Below are positions 29,454 through 38,056 of a stretch of DNA of 53,606 bases, one piece after another. The DNA is taken from the IMG/VR virus record IMGVR_UViG_3300017971_002684, positions 1-53,606 of that record; one strand, 5' to 3'. The first letter of the stretch is position 1. Every line of letters begins with the position of its first letter. The DNA is from a virus (taxonomy: Duplodnaviria; Caudoviricetes). The position numbers were made by a program, and so were the translations under genes. The notes under the pieces are model-generated. The model did not search any database, was not told the origin of the DNA, and saw only the letters and a program-made list of their open reading frames with translations.

Positions 29454-30836
29454 ATGTCAGTTCCAAGTTACCATTTGCTGGAAGAGGAGGTGCAGTTGGA
29501 CATTCTGCGCCTCATGGCAACGGACCCGGTGTTTTCCAATGCGGCGGGGCACTGGGTGGACCCGCTCTACTTCCCCCGTGATGTTCACCAGGAAGTGGCG
29601 CGGATGATGCTGGAATTCTACAAGACCTATTCCATGCCCCCCACGCACTCCCAGGTCCAGTCCATGCTGCGGGAGAGAGTCAGCTATGGGGCAATCCCCA
29701 AAGAGGACGCCAGCAGGCTGCAAGCCCTGCTCAAGCGCATCTATGATGAGCCCCTCTCTGGAGCCCGTGAGTACACCCTGGACACCATTCAACGCTTTGC
29801 CCGCCACCGCTCTTGGGAGCAGGCCATTGAAGCCAGTCTGCCCTTCCTGGAGGCTGGTGAGTATGACAAGGTGGATGAGGTTATGCTGGGGGCTCAGTCT
29901 GCTGTGGTGGACATGGACGCTGGGGGCTACTGGTTTTTTGAGGCTCAAGAGGAACGCCAGCGCCGGCGGGGCACGGAGGATGAAAAGAAGGTCTACCCCA
30001 CGGGCATTCTGGAGATTGACTTTCACCTGCGCCGGGGTGGATTGGTCTACCCAGAGGTGGGGATCTTCATGGCTCCCAAAGGGAAAGGCAAGAGCATTGG
30101 ACTGGGGCAGGTGGCGCGGCGTGCCATCTTTGAGGGTGGCAAGGTGGCGTTTTACAGCTTTGAGATGGCAACGGACCAGTGTGCAGACCGCATGGACTCA
30201 GGCTTCACGGGCGTACCCATGTGGGAGTTGAAGCAGGATGAGGAGACGCTGCAAGAGCGGCTTTCCACCATAGGGCAGCGGTTCCCCATGTCATTGATGA
30301 TCAAAGAGTATCCCACCAAGAGCAGGACCATTGATGATATCCGGCGTCACCTCAAGACCCTGGAGCGGGTCCACAGGTGGAAGCCAGACATGATTGTGGT
30401 GGACTATGCTGGGATCGTCAAGCCCAAGGTGTTCCGGGACCAGCGCCACATTGAGTTGCAGGAAATCATTGAGGACTTCCGTGGGCTCTGCGGGGAAATG
30501 CAGTGTGTGGGGTGGACTGCCGCCCAGATCAACCGGAGCGGAGCCAAGAAGGAGACTGCGGATGGCACAGATGCAGCGGCAAGCTGGGACCAGTTAGCCA
30601 CGGCAGACTATGTGTTTGTGATCAACCAGACCCGTGAGGAGCGCACCAGGGATGAACTGCGCCTGTTTGTGGACAAGGCGCGGGATGGGCGCAGTGAGAT
30701 CACCATTGGACCGCTCCAGTGTGATTTTGCCCGGATGACACTTGCCCGCAGGAGCGGAAAGACCCCCAAGCAGTTGCGTGCAGAGTACAAGAGGCGGAAG
30801 GAGGAAGCACGGCTGAAAAAAGAGGAAAAGAAGTGA
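29454..30836 (+). CDS. dnaB: DnaB-like replicative helicase
   Basis: Walker A APKGKGKS, SFEM, IVVDYA, AAQINR and KARDG motifs; GAGGAG RBS supports ATG 29454. Confidence 0.9.
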   Translation: MSVPSYHLLEEEVQLDILRLMATDPVFSNAAGHWVDPLYFPRDVHQEVARMMLEFYKTYSMPPTHSQVQSMLRERVSYGAIPKEDASRLQALLKRIYDEPLSGAREYTLDTIQRFARHRSWEQAIEASLPFLEAGEYDKVDEVMLGAQSAVVDMDAGGYWFFEAQEERQRRRGTEDEKKVYPTGILEIDFHLRRGGLVYPEVGIFMAPKGKGKSIGLGQVARRAIFEGGKVAFYSFEMATDQCADRMDSGFTGVPMWELKQDEETLQERLSTIGQRFPMSLMIKEYPTKSRTIDDIRRHLKTLERVHRWKPDMIVVDYAGIVKPKVFRDQRHIELQEIIEDFRGLCGEMQCVGWTAAQINRSGAKKETADGTDAAASWDQLATADYVFVINQTREERTRDELRLFVDKARDGRSEITIGPLQCDFARMTLARRSGKTPKQLRAEYKRRKEEARLKKEEKK

Positions 30837-30869
30837 AAATTTGCCCGTGAGTCTATTAGTTTCTAATAG
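30835..30869 (+). promoter_or_regulatory. Box + palindrome element
   Basis: GAAAATT-N11-CTATTAG-TTT-CTAATAG. Confidence 0.85.
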
Positions 30870-30883
30870 AAAGGGCAAAGGAA

Positions 30884-31927
30884 ATGAGTTTTGACGCACG
30901 TTCATTTTTGGCTGCACACGGCATTCCTTACAAGCTGTCACAGGGCGGGAGCGGAGATGAAGCCCGTATGCCTTGCCCAGTCTGTGGCGGCTCCAAAAAT
31001 CCTTTTGCAATCAACTTCTCCAAGGGCACGGCTGTCTGCTACAGGTGCCAGTGGGTTCCCAAAGACCCCAAGGATCTGGTCCAGCAGTTGACCCACTGCA
31101 ATCCATTCCAAGCAGAGGTGATCGCCCACAAGTTCCGTGGGGACAGGGGGCGCTCCGGCGGCTCCTTCACTGCGGCGGTGCGCTCCCGGCTCTCTGGGGG
31201 AAAGATGCGTGGGCAGATACCCTCAGCCCAGGAGCCGGTCCATGTGGAAGAGAAACCCCCCTTGGAGTGGCCTGCCAGCTACTACCCACTTGGACACCCG
31301 GATATCCCAACTGTGAACGCCTATGCCTTTTCACGGGGCTTTTCAATGAAGCTGATGGTGCGGCTGAGGTTTGGGGGGTGTCTCTTTGGCAGGTATGCAG
31401 GTTGCTTGGTGATCCCAGCTATGCACGGGGATGAGCTGATGTTCTGGCAGGCGCGTGATGCGCTCAACCGGGAGAACTTCCCCAAGTACCGCTCTCCCAA
31501 AGGGTACTCACCGGCGGTCTGCCTGTTCAACCTGGATGAAGCCACAACCTACCCGGAGACGGTGATCTGTGAGGGTGTTTTCTCAGCCATGAGGGTGGGG
31601 CAGGATGCGGTTGCCTGCTTTGGCAACAAAATCAGCAGGCACCAGATCAAATTGCTGATGGACCGTGGCGTGACCAGGGTGGTTTTGTGTTTTGACCCGG
31701 ACACATGGACACTTCCAAGGGCAGTCATTGAGCGGGGAATTGTGGGGATGAAGCCCCCCATCTACAATGCTATGATGTTCTTGATGGACGCCTTTGAGCA
31801 GGTGCGTGTGGTGAAGCTGAAGGACGGTGATCCTGATGACACAGGCCACCCCAAAATGCGGGAACTGATTGACAACGCCCCAGTGGTAAAAACACGCGCA
31901 GACATGGCGCGTTTGATGATGTCTTGA
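30884..31927 (+). CDS. DnaG-like primase
   Basis: Zn finger CPVC..CYRC, KY, and TOPRIM motifs ICEGVFSA and FDPD. Confidence 0.88.
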   Translation: MSFDARSFLAAHGIPYKLSQGGSGDEARMPCPVCGGSKNPFAINFSKGTAVCYRCQWVPKDPKDLVQQLTHCNPFQAEVIAHKFRGDRGRSGGSFTAAVRSRLSGGKMRGQIPSAQEPVHVEEKPPLEWPASYYPLGHPDIPTVNAYAFSRGFSMKLMVRLRFGGCLFGRYAGCLVIPAMHGDELMFWQARDALNRENFPKYRSPKGYSPAVCLFNLDEATTYPETVICEGVFSAMRVGQDAVACFGNKISRHQIKLLMDRGVTRVVLCFDPDTWTLPRAVIERGIVGMKPPIYNAMMFLMDAFEQVRVVKLKDGDPDDTGHPKMRELIDNAPVVKTRADMARLMMS

Positions 31928-31937
31928 GGAGGATGTG

Positions 31938-33209
31938 ATGGGATTGGAATTGACGGCAGAAAGGGACCGGCTCATGGAAATTTCGGCTCTTGCCGGCGGC
32001 ATAATTGTGAAGCAAGAGGACAGCCTGTTTTCCAGGGTATTGCTCAAAAAGGAGGACGGAGCCCTGCGTTTGGAGGCGGGGAATGTTGAGTTGTTTCACC
32101 AGGCTACACTCCTGGGAGAGGATGTGGAGTCCACAGAAGGGGAGGTGGCAATCCTCTACAAGGATTTCATGAGCGTGGTCAACTCCATGCCCAAGGGCAA
32201 GGTCAAGGTCTTGGAGCAGGGGAAAGAGGTGCGGGGCAAGCCCGTGCTGACAGTGAAGGGACCAAAGCGGATCAAGTTCAACCTTGTCTACCAGCCAGAA
32301 AAGAAGCCCGCCCTGGGCTTCCCCAGTTTTGACTCTGTGCAGACCTTTGGTGATTTTTCAGTGGATTTTCTGCGGACCCTGCTGGAGATTCTGAGCCCAG
32401 TGACCCAGAAGGGAAAAGAGGACTACAAGCGGTTTGGGGTCCGGGTGGAGCGGGTTGACGGGGGGCGCCACCTGCGGATGGTGCTGACAGATGGGCACCG
32501 GCTCATCCTGGTGGATGGTGATGCTTCTGCGCCAGAGGAAGACCCCTTGACGGATGGGATCATCTTTCCCCCGTCCTTTGTCACCCAGCTACAACGGATC
32601 TGCCAGGTGCTCCCTCCAGATGAGACACTGGGGCTGTTCCTTGGGCGTGAAGGAGGGCAGAAGTTCTTTGTCATAGAGTACAAGGCAGAAGGGCTCTGCT
32701 ACTTCACAGCGTGCCTTGAGAATGAAGCCTCAGCTTTTCCGGAATACAAATCCATCTCCTTCAGCCAGGTGGGGCGCTACCACGTTCTTGATTGCAGAGG
32801 GTTGCAGGAAGCTGTGGGACGCCTGACACCGTTGACCAACGTGGGGGATTTGACCTTTGTCCCTGAAGAGGACGGGGGCTATGTGGCAGTGCAAGGGGTC
32901 CGCAGCAGGGCACTGTTCAGCCGGGAAGAGGTGGAGATGGAGCGCACGTTGGGAGCGCAAAGGGGCACCTACAGCTTGGTTGAACTGGAGGAGGCGGAGC
33001 AACTGCGGATGGGAGTGGACCTGGGCTACTTTGCAGACGCCCTGAAGACGCTCCACACGCCCAAGGTTGCCCTGGGGATGACCTCACCCCTGGAGCCTCT
33101 CTTTGTCATTCCTTATGTGGACGCTGCGGCAAACCTGCCGGGTTTTGTGCAGAACCACATCCATGTCATCATGCCTGTGAGGGCTGACTGGAACCAGGAG
33201 GAGCCATGA
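31938..33209 (+). CDS. dnaN: DNA polymerase III beta sliding clamp homologue
   Basis: TDGHRL, FPEY and C-terminal IMPVR motifs; GAGGAGG RBS. Confidence 0.85.
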   Translation: MGLELTAERDRLMEISALAGGIIVKQEDSLFSRVLLKKEDGALRLEAGNVELFHQATLLGEDVESTEGEVAILYKDFMSVVNSMPKGKVKVLEQGKEVRGKPVLTVKGPKRIKFNLVYQPEKKPALGFPSFDSVQTFGDFSVDFLRTLLEILSPVTQKGKEDYKRFGVRVERVDGGRHLRMVLTDGHRLILVDGDASAPEEDPLTDGIIFPPSFVTQLQRICQVLPPDETLGLFLGREGGQKFFVIEYKAEGLCYFTACLENEASAFPEYKSISFSQVGRYHVLDCRGLQEAVGRLTPLTNVGDLTFVPEEDGGYVAVQGVRSRALFSREEVEMERTLGAQRGTYSLVELEEAEQLRMGVDLGYFADALKTLHTPKVALGMTSPLEPLFVIPYVDAAANLPGFVQNHIHVIMPVRADWNQEEP

Positions 33210-33640
33210 TTTGCCCAGTCTGTGGAGCGTTGATGTTTACCCCTGAGCCTGCCTACCTCTTCAAAGACAAAGAGTTCAATGTCCCAGAAGACAAGGTGCT
33301 GTCTGGCTGTCTGTGCTGGGTTCAGGTGGAGGAACTGGAGAACGCCTATCAGGTGGTGAAGGAGACGTTGGCAAGGACCGTGAGGGAGCACCTCTATGGG
33401 GAGACGTGGGATGAGATTTTGGAGGAGGTGGGGCAGATGGCTCCAGGCACACCCATCCGGGAGTTTGTCTTGCGGAAGCGGACCCTGCTCACGCGGGCGC
33501 GTGACAAGATTCAGGAGTTGCGCGGCAAGGAAGCTGAAACCCGCCATGTTGCTCAGGCAAAGAAGACCGCCCGCAAAAAAGGCATTAGTGGCAAAGAGTT
33601 GAGCCTGCGGGAGTTCATGGACAGCTTTGATCCCAAGTGA
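33206..33640 (+). CDS. Hypothetical protein (N-terminal CxxC)
   Basis: ATGA-coupled, 144 aa. Confidence 0.65.
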   Translation: MICPVCGALMFTPEPAYLFKDKEFNVPEDKVLSGCLCWVQVEELENAYQVVKETLARTVREHLYGETWDEILEEVGQMAPGTPIREFVLRKRTLLTRARDKIQELRGKEAETRHVAQAKKTARKKGISGKELSLREFMDSFDPK

Positions 33641-33642
33641 GC

Positions 33643-33668
33643 AAAAAATCCCCGTTGCTTGTCTCTAA
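33643..33668 (+). promoter_or_regulatory. Box + TCTCTAA variant element (upstream of tRNA)
   Basis: AAAAAAT-N11-GTCTCTAA. Confidence 0.65.
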
Positions 33669-33678
33669 GAGTGGCAGA

Positions 33679-33808
33679 CGGCTGGTAGCTCAATGGGAAA
33701 CAAGAGCGCCACTGCATCAGGACGCTGGTAGGTTACTCCAGCGTGATGGCGCCCATGCTGGAGCGGCTGAAGAGGTGGCAGATGCGGGTTCGACTCCCGT
33801 CCAGCCGG
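33679..33808 (+). tRNA. tRNA-like gene (probable GAA/Phe anticodon) with 53-nt insert in the anticodon arm
   Basis: Acceptor CGGCTGG/CCAGCCG, D stem GCTC/GAGC, anticodon stem CCACT/GGTGG, T arm GCGGG-TTCGACT-CCCGT; loop-like CTGAAGA at 33767-33773. No encoded CCA. Confidence 0.7.
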
Positions 33809-33843
33809 AAAGACCATGACCCAACACAAAGGAGACAAAATCA

Positions 33844-34134
33844 ATGCGTGACCCCTTTGCCAACTATGACGCTTGGAAGACAGCCTGCCCCCCAGAACCC
33901 CCGGAGCCCCCAGAGCAAACCTTCACCTACAATGAAGAGGATGAGGTCTGGGAATGGACCTGTGAGGACGGCTCCTCTGGCACCGTTTACCTGCTCCCGG
34001 AAGCTGATGAGGATGCTCTGCTGGAAGCCAGCTATGATGACTGGCTGGGACAGGCCAGTGCTGCGGCAGAGGAAGAGTATGAGCGGGAAGCAGAGGGCAT
34101 GTATGAAGACTGGGAAGAGTGGGGGAGCAAATGA
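33844..34134 (+). CDS. Small acidic hypothetical protein
   Basis: AGGAG RBS; E/D/W-rich. Confidence 0.65.
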   Translation: MRDPFANYDAWKTACPPEPPEPPEQTFTYNEEDEVWEWTCEDGSSGTVYLLPEADEDALLEASYDDWLGQASAAAEEEYEREAEGMYEDWEEWGSK

Positions 34135-34580
34135 AGCCAAAGATGTTGATGGTTGAGCATTCTGGCTGCATGACCCAGTTGGTGGGGCATGAGGGGATGG
34201 GCAAGACAGAGATGTGGACAAGGATACTTGCACAAGCAAAAGGAGAAGACGTGAGCGGGAAAAGCAACGGCTCCAATGACCCCTGGATGAGTTACCTGAC
34301 AGAAAACTGCCCCCCGGAGACGGAGGAAGATCGCGCCTTGACGGAAGCAGAGGAGAAGGAGTGGTTGGACAAAGTGGAAGCTGATGCGGACGCTGAGATG
34401 GAACACCTCTTCAAGACATTGAAGTTTTCCAGCTTGCAGTGGGATGCTGAAGAGGAAGCATGGTACTTCTATGAAGAGACGCACGGCATAGAGGGCTGGG
34501 CGCGGGCTCCCCTGGCGTGCTCCCAAGAGGAATTGCTGGAAGCCTGCAAGAAAGAGTGGGTGGAGTGCCAGATCCCCTGA
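34131..34580 (+). CDS. Acidic hypothetical protein
   Basis: ATGA overlap with the previous gene. Confidence 0.6.
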   Translation: MKPKMLMVEHSGCMTQLVGHEGMGKTEMWTRILAQAKGEDVSGKSNGSNDPWMSYLTENCPPETEEDRALTEAEEKEWLDKVEADADAEMEHLFKTLKFSSLQWDAEEEAWYFYEETHGIEGWARAPLACSQEELLEACKKEWVECQIP

Positions 34581-34636
34581 GCCCCTGACAAGCCCTACCA
34601 GATCCGATCCGATCCTGCTACTTCCAAACAAATCCC

Positions 34637-34662
34637 AAAAAATCCCGGTTCCTCAATTCTAA
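34637..34662 (+). promoter_or_regulatory. Box + TCTAA variant element
   Basis: AAAAAAT-N11-AATTCTAA; first 19 nt identical to 34999-35017. Confidence 0.65.
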
Positions 34663-34709
34663 GTCTTAGCGAACCTGACACCAAGACAAGACATGGAGGT
34701 CAAAACATA

Positions 34710-35000
34710 ATGTATCTTGGAACTTGTATCATCACTGTGATTCTTTTTTGGGTGATCCGCAAGGTTCGCTATGATGCTTCTTGCCCGTTGCAGACCGGCG
34801 CTGGGCTCTCTGTCCTTTTGATTGTCCTTCTGCCAGTCAGCCACCTTCTTGGGCACGTCCTTGATCTTCCCCTGGTGGGAATGGACCTGCTCTGCATCAG
34901 CATCCTGGGGCTGGTAGCCATCATCAAATCTGTCAAGCAAGGTCCGGTTCTCCTGACTGTTCCCGCAGCTTGGCACCTTCTCTTCTGGACTACAATCTAA
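34710..35000 (+). CDS. Small membrane protein
   Basis: 96 aa, mostly hydrophobic; GGAGG upstream. Confidence 0.6.
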   Translation: MYLGTCIITVILFWVIRKVRYDASCPLQTGAGLSVLLIVLLPVSHLLGHVLDLPLVGMDLLCISILGLVAIIKSVKQGPVLLTVPAAWHLLFWTTI

Positions 35001-35024
35001 AAAATCCCGGTTCCTCATCTCTAA
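34999..35024 (+). promoter_or_regulatory. Box + TCTCTAA variant element
   Basis: AAAAAAT-N11-ATCTCTAA. Confidence 0.65.
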
Positions 35025-35058
35025 ACACAAGGCAGAACAACCATTTTTGGAGAAAGAC

Positions 35059-35418
35059 ATGGACCCCCAAGCAATACTTGAAGCCATAGGCAACTACCAA
35101 GAGACTGGCAACCCCTTGGATTTTGAAGTGACCCCCCGCGTGGTGCTGGCTCTTGCCAAACACCTGCACAAGCTGGAGCGGGAAGACCGCACCCTCACCT
35201 TCTGTGACTGCTGCTTCATTGAGAACCCCAAGGTGCGGGCGGTGGGCTACAGTGACGGTGTTTCCTTCCATGTGGAAGATGATGAGACGCTGTGTTGTGG
35301 CGGCGCTGTCCGTGATGGCAGCGGGCTTGTGTGCCACTTGGAGGAAACCTACCTGGACACTGATGAACTGTGGGAAGCCTATGAACTTCTCAATGACATT
35401 GACCAAGACAACCAATAG
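35059..35418 (+). CDS. Hypothetical Cys-containing protein
   Basis: GGAG RBS before ATG 35059. Confidence 0.65.
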   Translation: MDPQAILEAIGNYQETGNPLDFEVTPRVVLALAKHLHKLEREDRTLTFCDCCFIENPKVRAVGYSDGVSFHVEDDETLCCGGAVRDGSGLVCHLEETYLDTDELWEAYELLNDIDQDNQ

Positions 35419-35430
35419 ACGGAGAAACCA

Positions 35431-35700
35431 ATGAAACTGAAAGACTACATGAGAAACCAGATGCTCCAAGACAGTGGAGCCCTGGATGGCATTTGCAAGG
35501 GCTGTGGCGCTGATGATGATGACCTTTGTGTGTGTGACCGCACCTTTGAGATTGAAGCCGCAGGCGTGACCGGAGAGTGCAAAGGCGTTGAGGTCTTTGC
35601 TGAGTTTGTTCCGCGCCCCCAAGAAGAGGAAGCCATCCGCAAGCTGAACGTGGGCTTTGCCTGCAAGTTTGGTGATGAGATGGTGCGCCGCACCGCCTGA
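35431..35700 (+). CDS. Hypothetical small Zn-binding-like protein
   Basis: CKGC...CVC; GGAG RBS. Confidence 0.65.
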   Translation: MKLKDYMRNQMLQDSGALDGICKGCGADDDDLCVCDRTFEIEAAGVTGECKGVEVFAEFVPRPQEEEAIRKLNVGFACKFGDEMVRRTA

Positions 35701-35724
35701 AAAATCCCCTTTCCCTGTCTCTAA
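35699..35724 (+). promoter_or_regulatory. Box + TCTCTAA variant element
   Basis: GAAAAAT-N11-GTCTCTAA. Confidence 0.65.
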
Positions 35725-35762
35725 GCGTGAGCAAGAACTTTTTCAATAGGAGAAAAAAGACT

Positions 35763-36155
35763 ATGACCACCAACGTCAACAACAATCCCCAGCCCCAAGA
35801 CGCCCCCGTTGCCGTGATGAAAGACTCCCAGCTCAACAAGCTGGCTGGCCTGCTCATGGGCTACTACAACGGCAAACCTGGAACCATTGAGATTGTGATG
35901 GATACCTGTGGCAAGTGGCCTGCCACCCGCTACTATGAGGATGTCAACCGGGTCATTAAGGCTGAGGACGCCTCCTACTTCCTGCCCCTCCTGGAGCAGA
36001 TCGGCGTCACCAACACCCAGGGTTCCCCTGTTGGACCCAAGCTGGAGCGTGCTGCCCGGTTGGTGGGGCTCCACATCAACATCCGCTACAGTGACACCAC
36101 AGGCCAGGATGAAATCCGCCTTTCCCATGACCCTGATCAATTCATTGAAGAGTGA
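35763..36155 (+). CDS. Hypothetical protein
   Basis: AGGAG RBS before ATG 35763. Confidence 0.65.
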   Translation: MTTNVNNNPQPQDAPVAVMKDSQLNKLAGLLMGYYNGKPGTIEIVMDTCGKWPATRYYEDVNRVIKAEDASYFLPLLEQIGVTNTQGSPVGPKLERAARLVGLHINIRYSDTTGQDEIRLSHDPDQFIEE

Positions 36156-36188
36156 AAAATCCCCTTCCCGCCTATTAGATTCTAATAG
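36154..36188 (+). promoter_or_regulatory. Box + palindrome element
   Basis: GAAAAAT-N11-CTATTAG-ATT-CTAATAG. Confidence 0.85.
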
Positions 36189-36207
36189 AGAAAGGAGGTG
36201 GCTTGTC

Positions 36208-36792
36208 ATGCCAACCTTGAACCCTATGACCATTGAAGAGGCTACAGACGCCAGTTTGAGAGGGGAGAACTGGTTCCTCTACATGATTTGTGTCACAGCC
36301 AAGAGCAACAAGTTCTGGGCAACCTGGGGCAACGGTACGGAAACCAGTTTTGTGCGCTATGGTGCCCGTGGCGGGACGCCCACCACTATCATCAAAGACA
36401 AGAACTACAGCTTCAAGACTGCACTCAAGAAGATGAACCGCAAGAAGGACCACTACATCATGCCTGCGGACCCGGAGAAGGTGCTGGAGTGGGACAGCGG
36501 AACCCTCAGCTTTGAGGCGCAGCTTGCGGACCCACCCCCCCCGGCAGCTACCGCTATGGCGGCAACCCCCAAAGGGACGGTTGAGGTCAAGGCGCGGCGC
36601 AAGCGGAAGACCCGCAGGGCTGGAGGAGCGGCGGAACAGTTTGCCTACAAGCAGGGCAAGAAGGTGGAGGAGTCACTGGACCTGGACCGGGTGGTCATCA
36701 AAGATGAGCCTGCCAAGCCGGAGGAAACCCTCTCCCCAGAGGAGCGTCTGCGGCGGAAAATGAAAAAGAAACAACGGGCTTCAGAGTGGTGA
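36208..36792 (+). CDS. WGR-domain-like protein with SEW C-terminal tag
   Basis: AGGAGG RBS; 'KSNKFW...VRYGARG' resembles a WGR domain; ends RLRRKMKKKQRASEW. Confidence 0.65.
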   Translation: MPTLNPMTIEEATDASLRGENWFLYMICVTAKSNKFWATWGNGTETSFVRYGARGGTPTTIIKDKNYSFKTALKKMNRKKDHYIMPADPEKVLEWDSGTLSFEAQLADPPPPAATAMAATPKGTVEVKARRKRKTRRAGGAAEQFAYKQGKKVEESLDLDRVVIKDEPAKPEETLSPEERLRRKMKKKQRASEW

Positions 36793-36802
36793 TCTTTTTT
36801 GT

Positions 36803-36837
36803 GAAAAATTCACCTTCCGCCTATTAGTTTCTAATAG
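36803..36837 (+). promoter_or_regulatory. Box + palindrome element
   Basis: GAAAAAT-N11-CTATTAG-TTT-CTAATAG. Confidence 0.85.
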
Positions 36838-36865
36838 ACCAAGACAAGGCAAGATGGAGGAAACC

Positions 36866-38056
36866 ATGAGTGTGAAAAAGGAACCTGTGGCAGTTGAGCC
36901 TGCCAGCCGTGAGGATGAGAAGACCGGGGGTGTTGCAGCAGAGGTGAAGTATAGCAGTGAGGGTTTGCCCGTGTGCCGTCTGTGCGGTGAAGCCATCCGG
37001 GAGATGGCTCCCCACATTGAGAAGATGCACGGCATGTCACCAACGGACTACCAGGAACGCTATCCGGACTGGCCTTTGGAGCCCCTGACACTGGGCGCTG
37101 CCATCCGTGAGGGCTCCCTCTCCTACCTGGACCGTCCCAAAGAGCAGTACAGTGTGCTGGAAACCTTTGGGTTCTACTGGAATGAGAAAAAGAAAAAAGA
37201 CAAGATGGTGTGGGGCTACAAGAGCCCAGGACCGCTCACTCCACCCATTGATCCCACCTATGTCTTCAACCCGGAATACACGCCGGTCTTGCTCCTGGGG
37301 CTCCACAAGCGCAACAAGGTGCTGTGCTACGGTCCCTCTGGGTCCGGCAAAACGTCCATTTGGCAGCAGATCGCTGCCAGACTCAACTATAACTGTGTCC
37401 GCATCAATTTTGACGCTGGCATCAGCCGTGCAGACCTTGTGGGGCAGTGGATCGTCAAGGGCAAGGAGATGAATTTTGCCCACGGCATTCTCCCCAAAGC
37501 CATGCTCCTGCCGGGGACCATCATCATCTTTGATGAGTGGGACTCCATCTCTGAGGAGTGCAGCTTTGTGCTTCAGCGCCCCCTTGAGGAGCACAGCCAG
37601 TTGATGCTGCTTGAGAAGGGTGAAGAGGTTGTCACACTCCATGAGGACAACCTGATTGTGGCAACCGCAAACACCGCAGGGCTCGGTGATGACACCGGGC
37701 TCTACAGTGCAGGCACGCGCATCCAAAACTTTAGTCAGATCAACCGCTACCAGCTTTGTGTCATCATGGACTACCTTCCGCCGGAAGAGGAAGCCAAAAT
37801 CCTGCTCAAGCGGTTCCCTGATGATGTTGACCAGGATGAGGCAGAGATGATGGTAGCTGCCGCCAACCTCATCCGTGAGGCGTTCCAAAACAAGCAGTTG
37901 TCCACCCCCATTTCAACCCGTGACGTGGTGAACTGGGCGGAAAAGTACGCAGTGTGGGGCAATCCGCTCCGGGCGGCAACGTACTGTTTCATCAACCGCT
38001 CCCCCATTGAAGACCGTGAGACGCTGCAAAAACTCATCAAGAGGGTCATGCCATGA
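36866..38056 (+). CDS. CobS/MoxR-like AAA+ ATPase with N-terminal zinc finger
   Basis: GPSGSGKT, IFDEWD and ATAN motifs; N-terminal CRLC..H...H GMS..DY..RY. Confidence 0.88.
   Translation: MSVKKEPVAVEPASREDEKTGGVAAEVKYSSEGLPVCRLCGEAIREMAPHIEKMHGMSPTDYQERYPDWPLEPLTLGAAIREGSLSYLDRPKEQYSVLETFGFYWNEKKKKDKMVWGYKSPGPLTPPIDPTYVFNPEYTPVLLLGLHKRNKVLCYGPSGSGKTSIWQQIAARLNYNCVRINFDAGISRADLVGQWIVKGKEMNFAHGILPKAMLLPGTIIIFDEWDSISEECSFVLQRPLEEHSQLMLLEKGEEVVTLHEDNLIVATANTAGLGDDTGLYSAGTRIQNFSQINRYQLCVIMDYLPPEEEAKILLKRFPDDVDQDEAEMMVAAANLIREAFQNKQLSTPISTRDVVNWAEKYAVWGNPLRAATYCFINRSPIEDRETLQKLIKRVMP

Noticed and set aside
33714-33720. tRNA-Sec (TCA) or tRNA-Cys (GCA) reading of the tRNA-like gene
   Set aside because: Neither triplet sits in a 7-nt loop closed by a 5-bp stem, and the extra sequence is in the anticodon arm rather than the variable arm.
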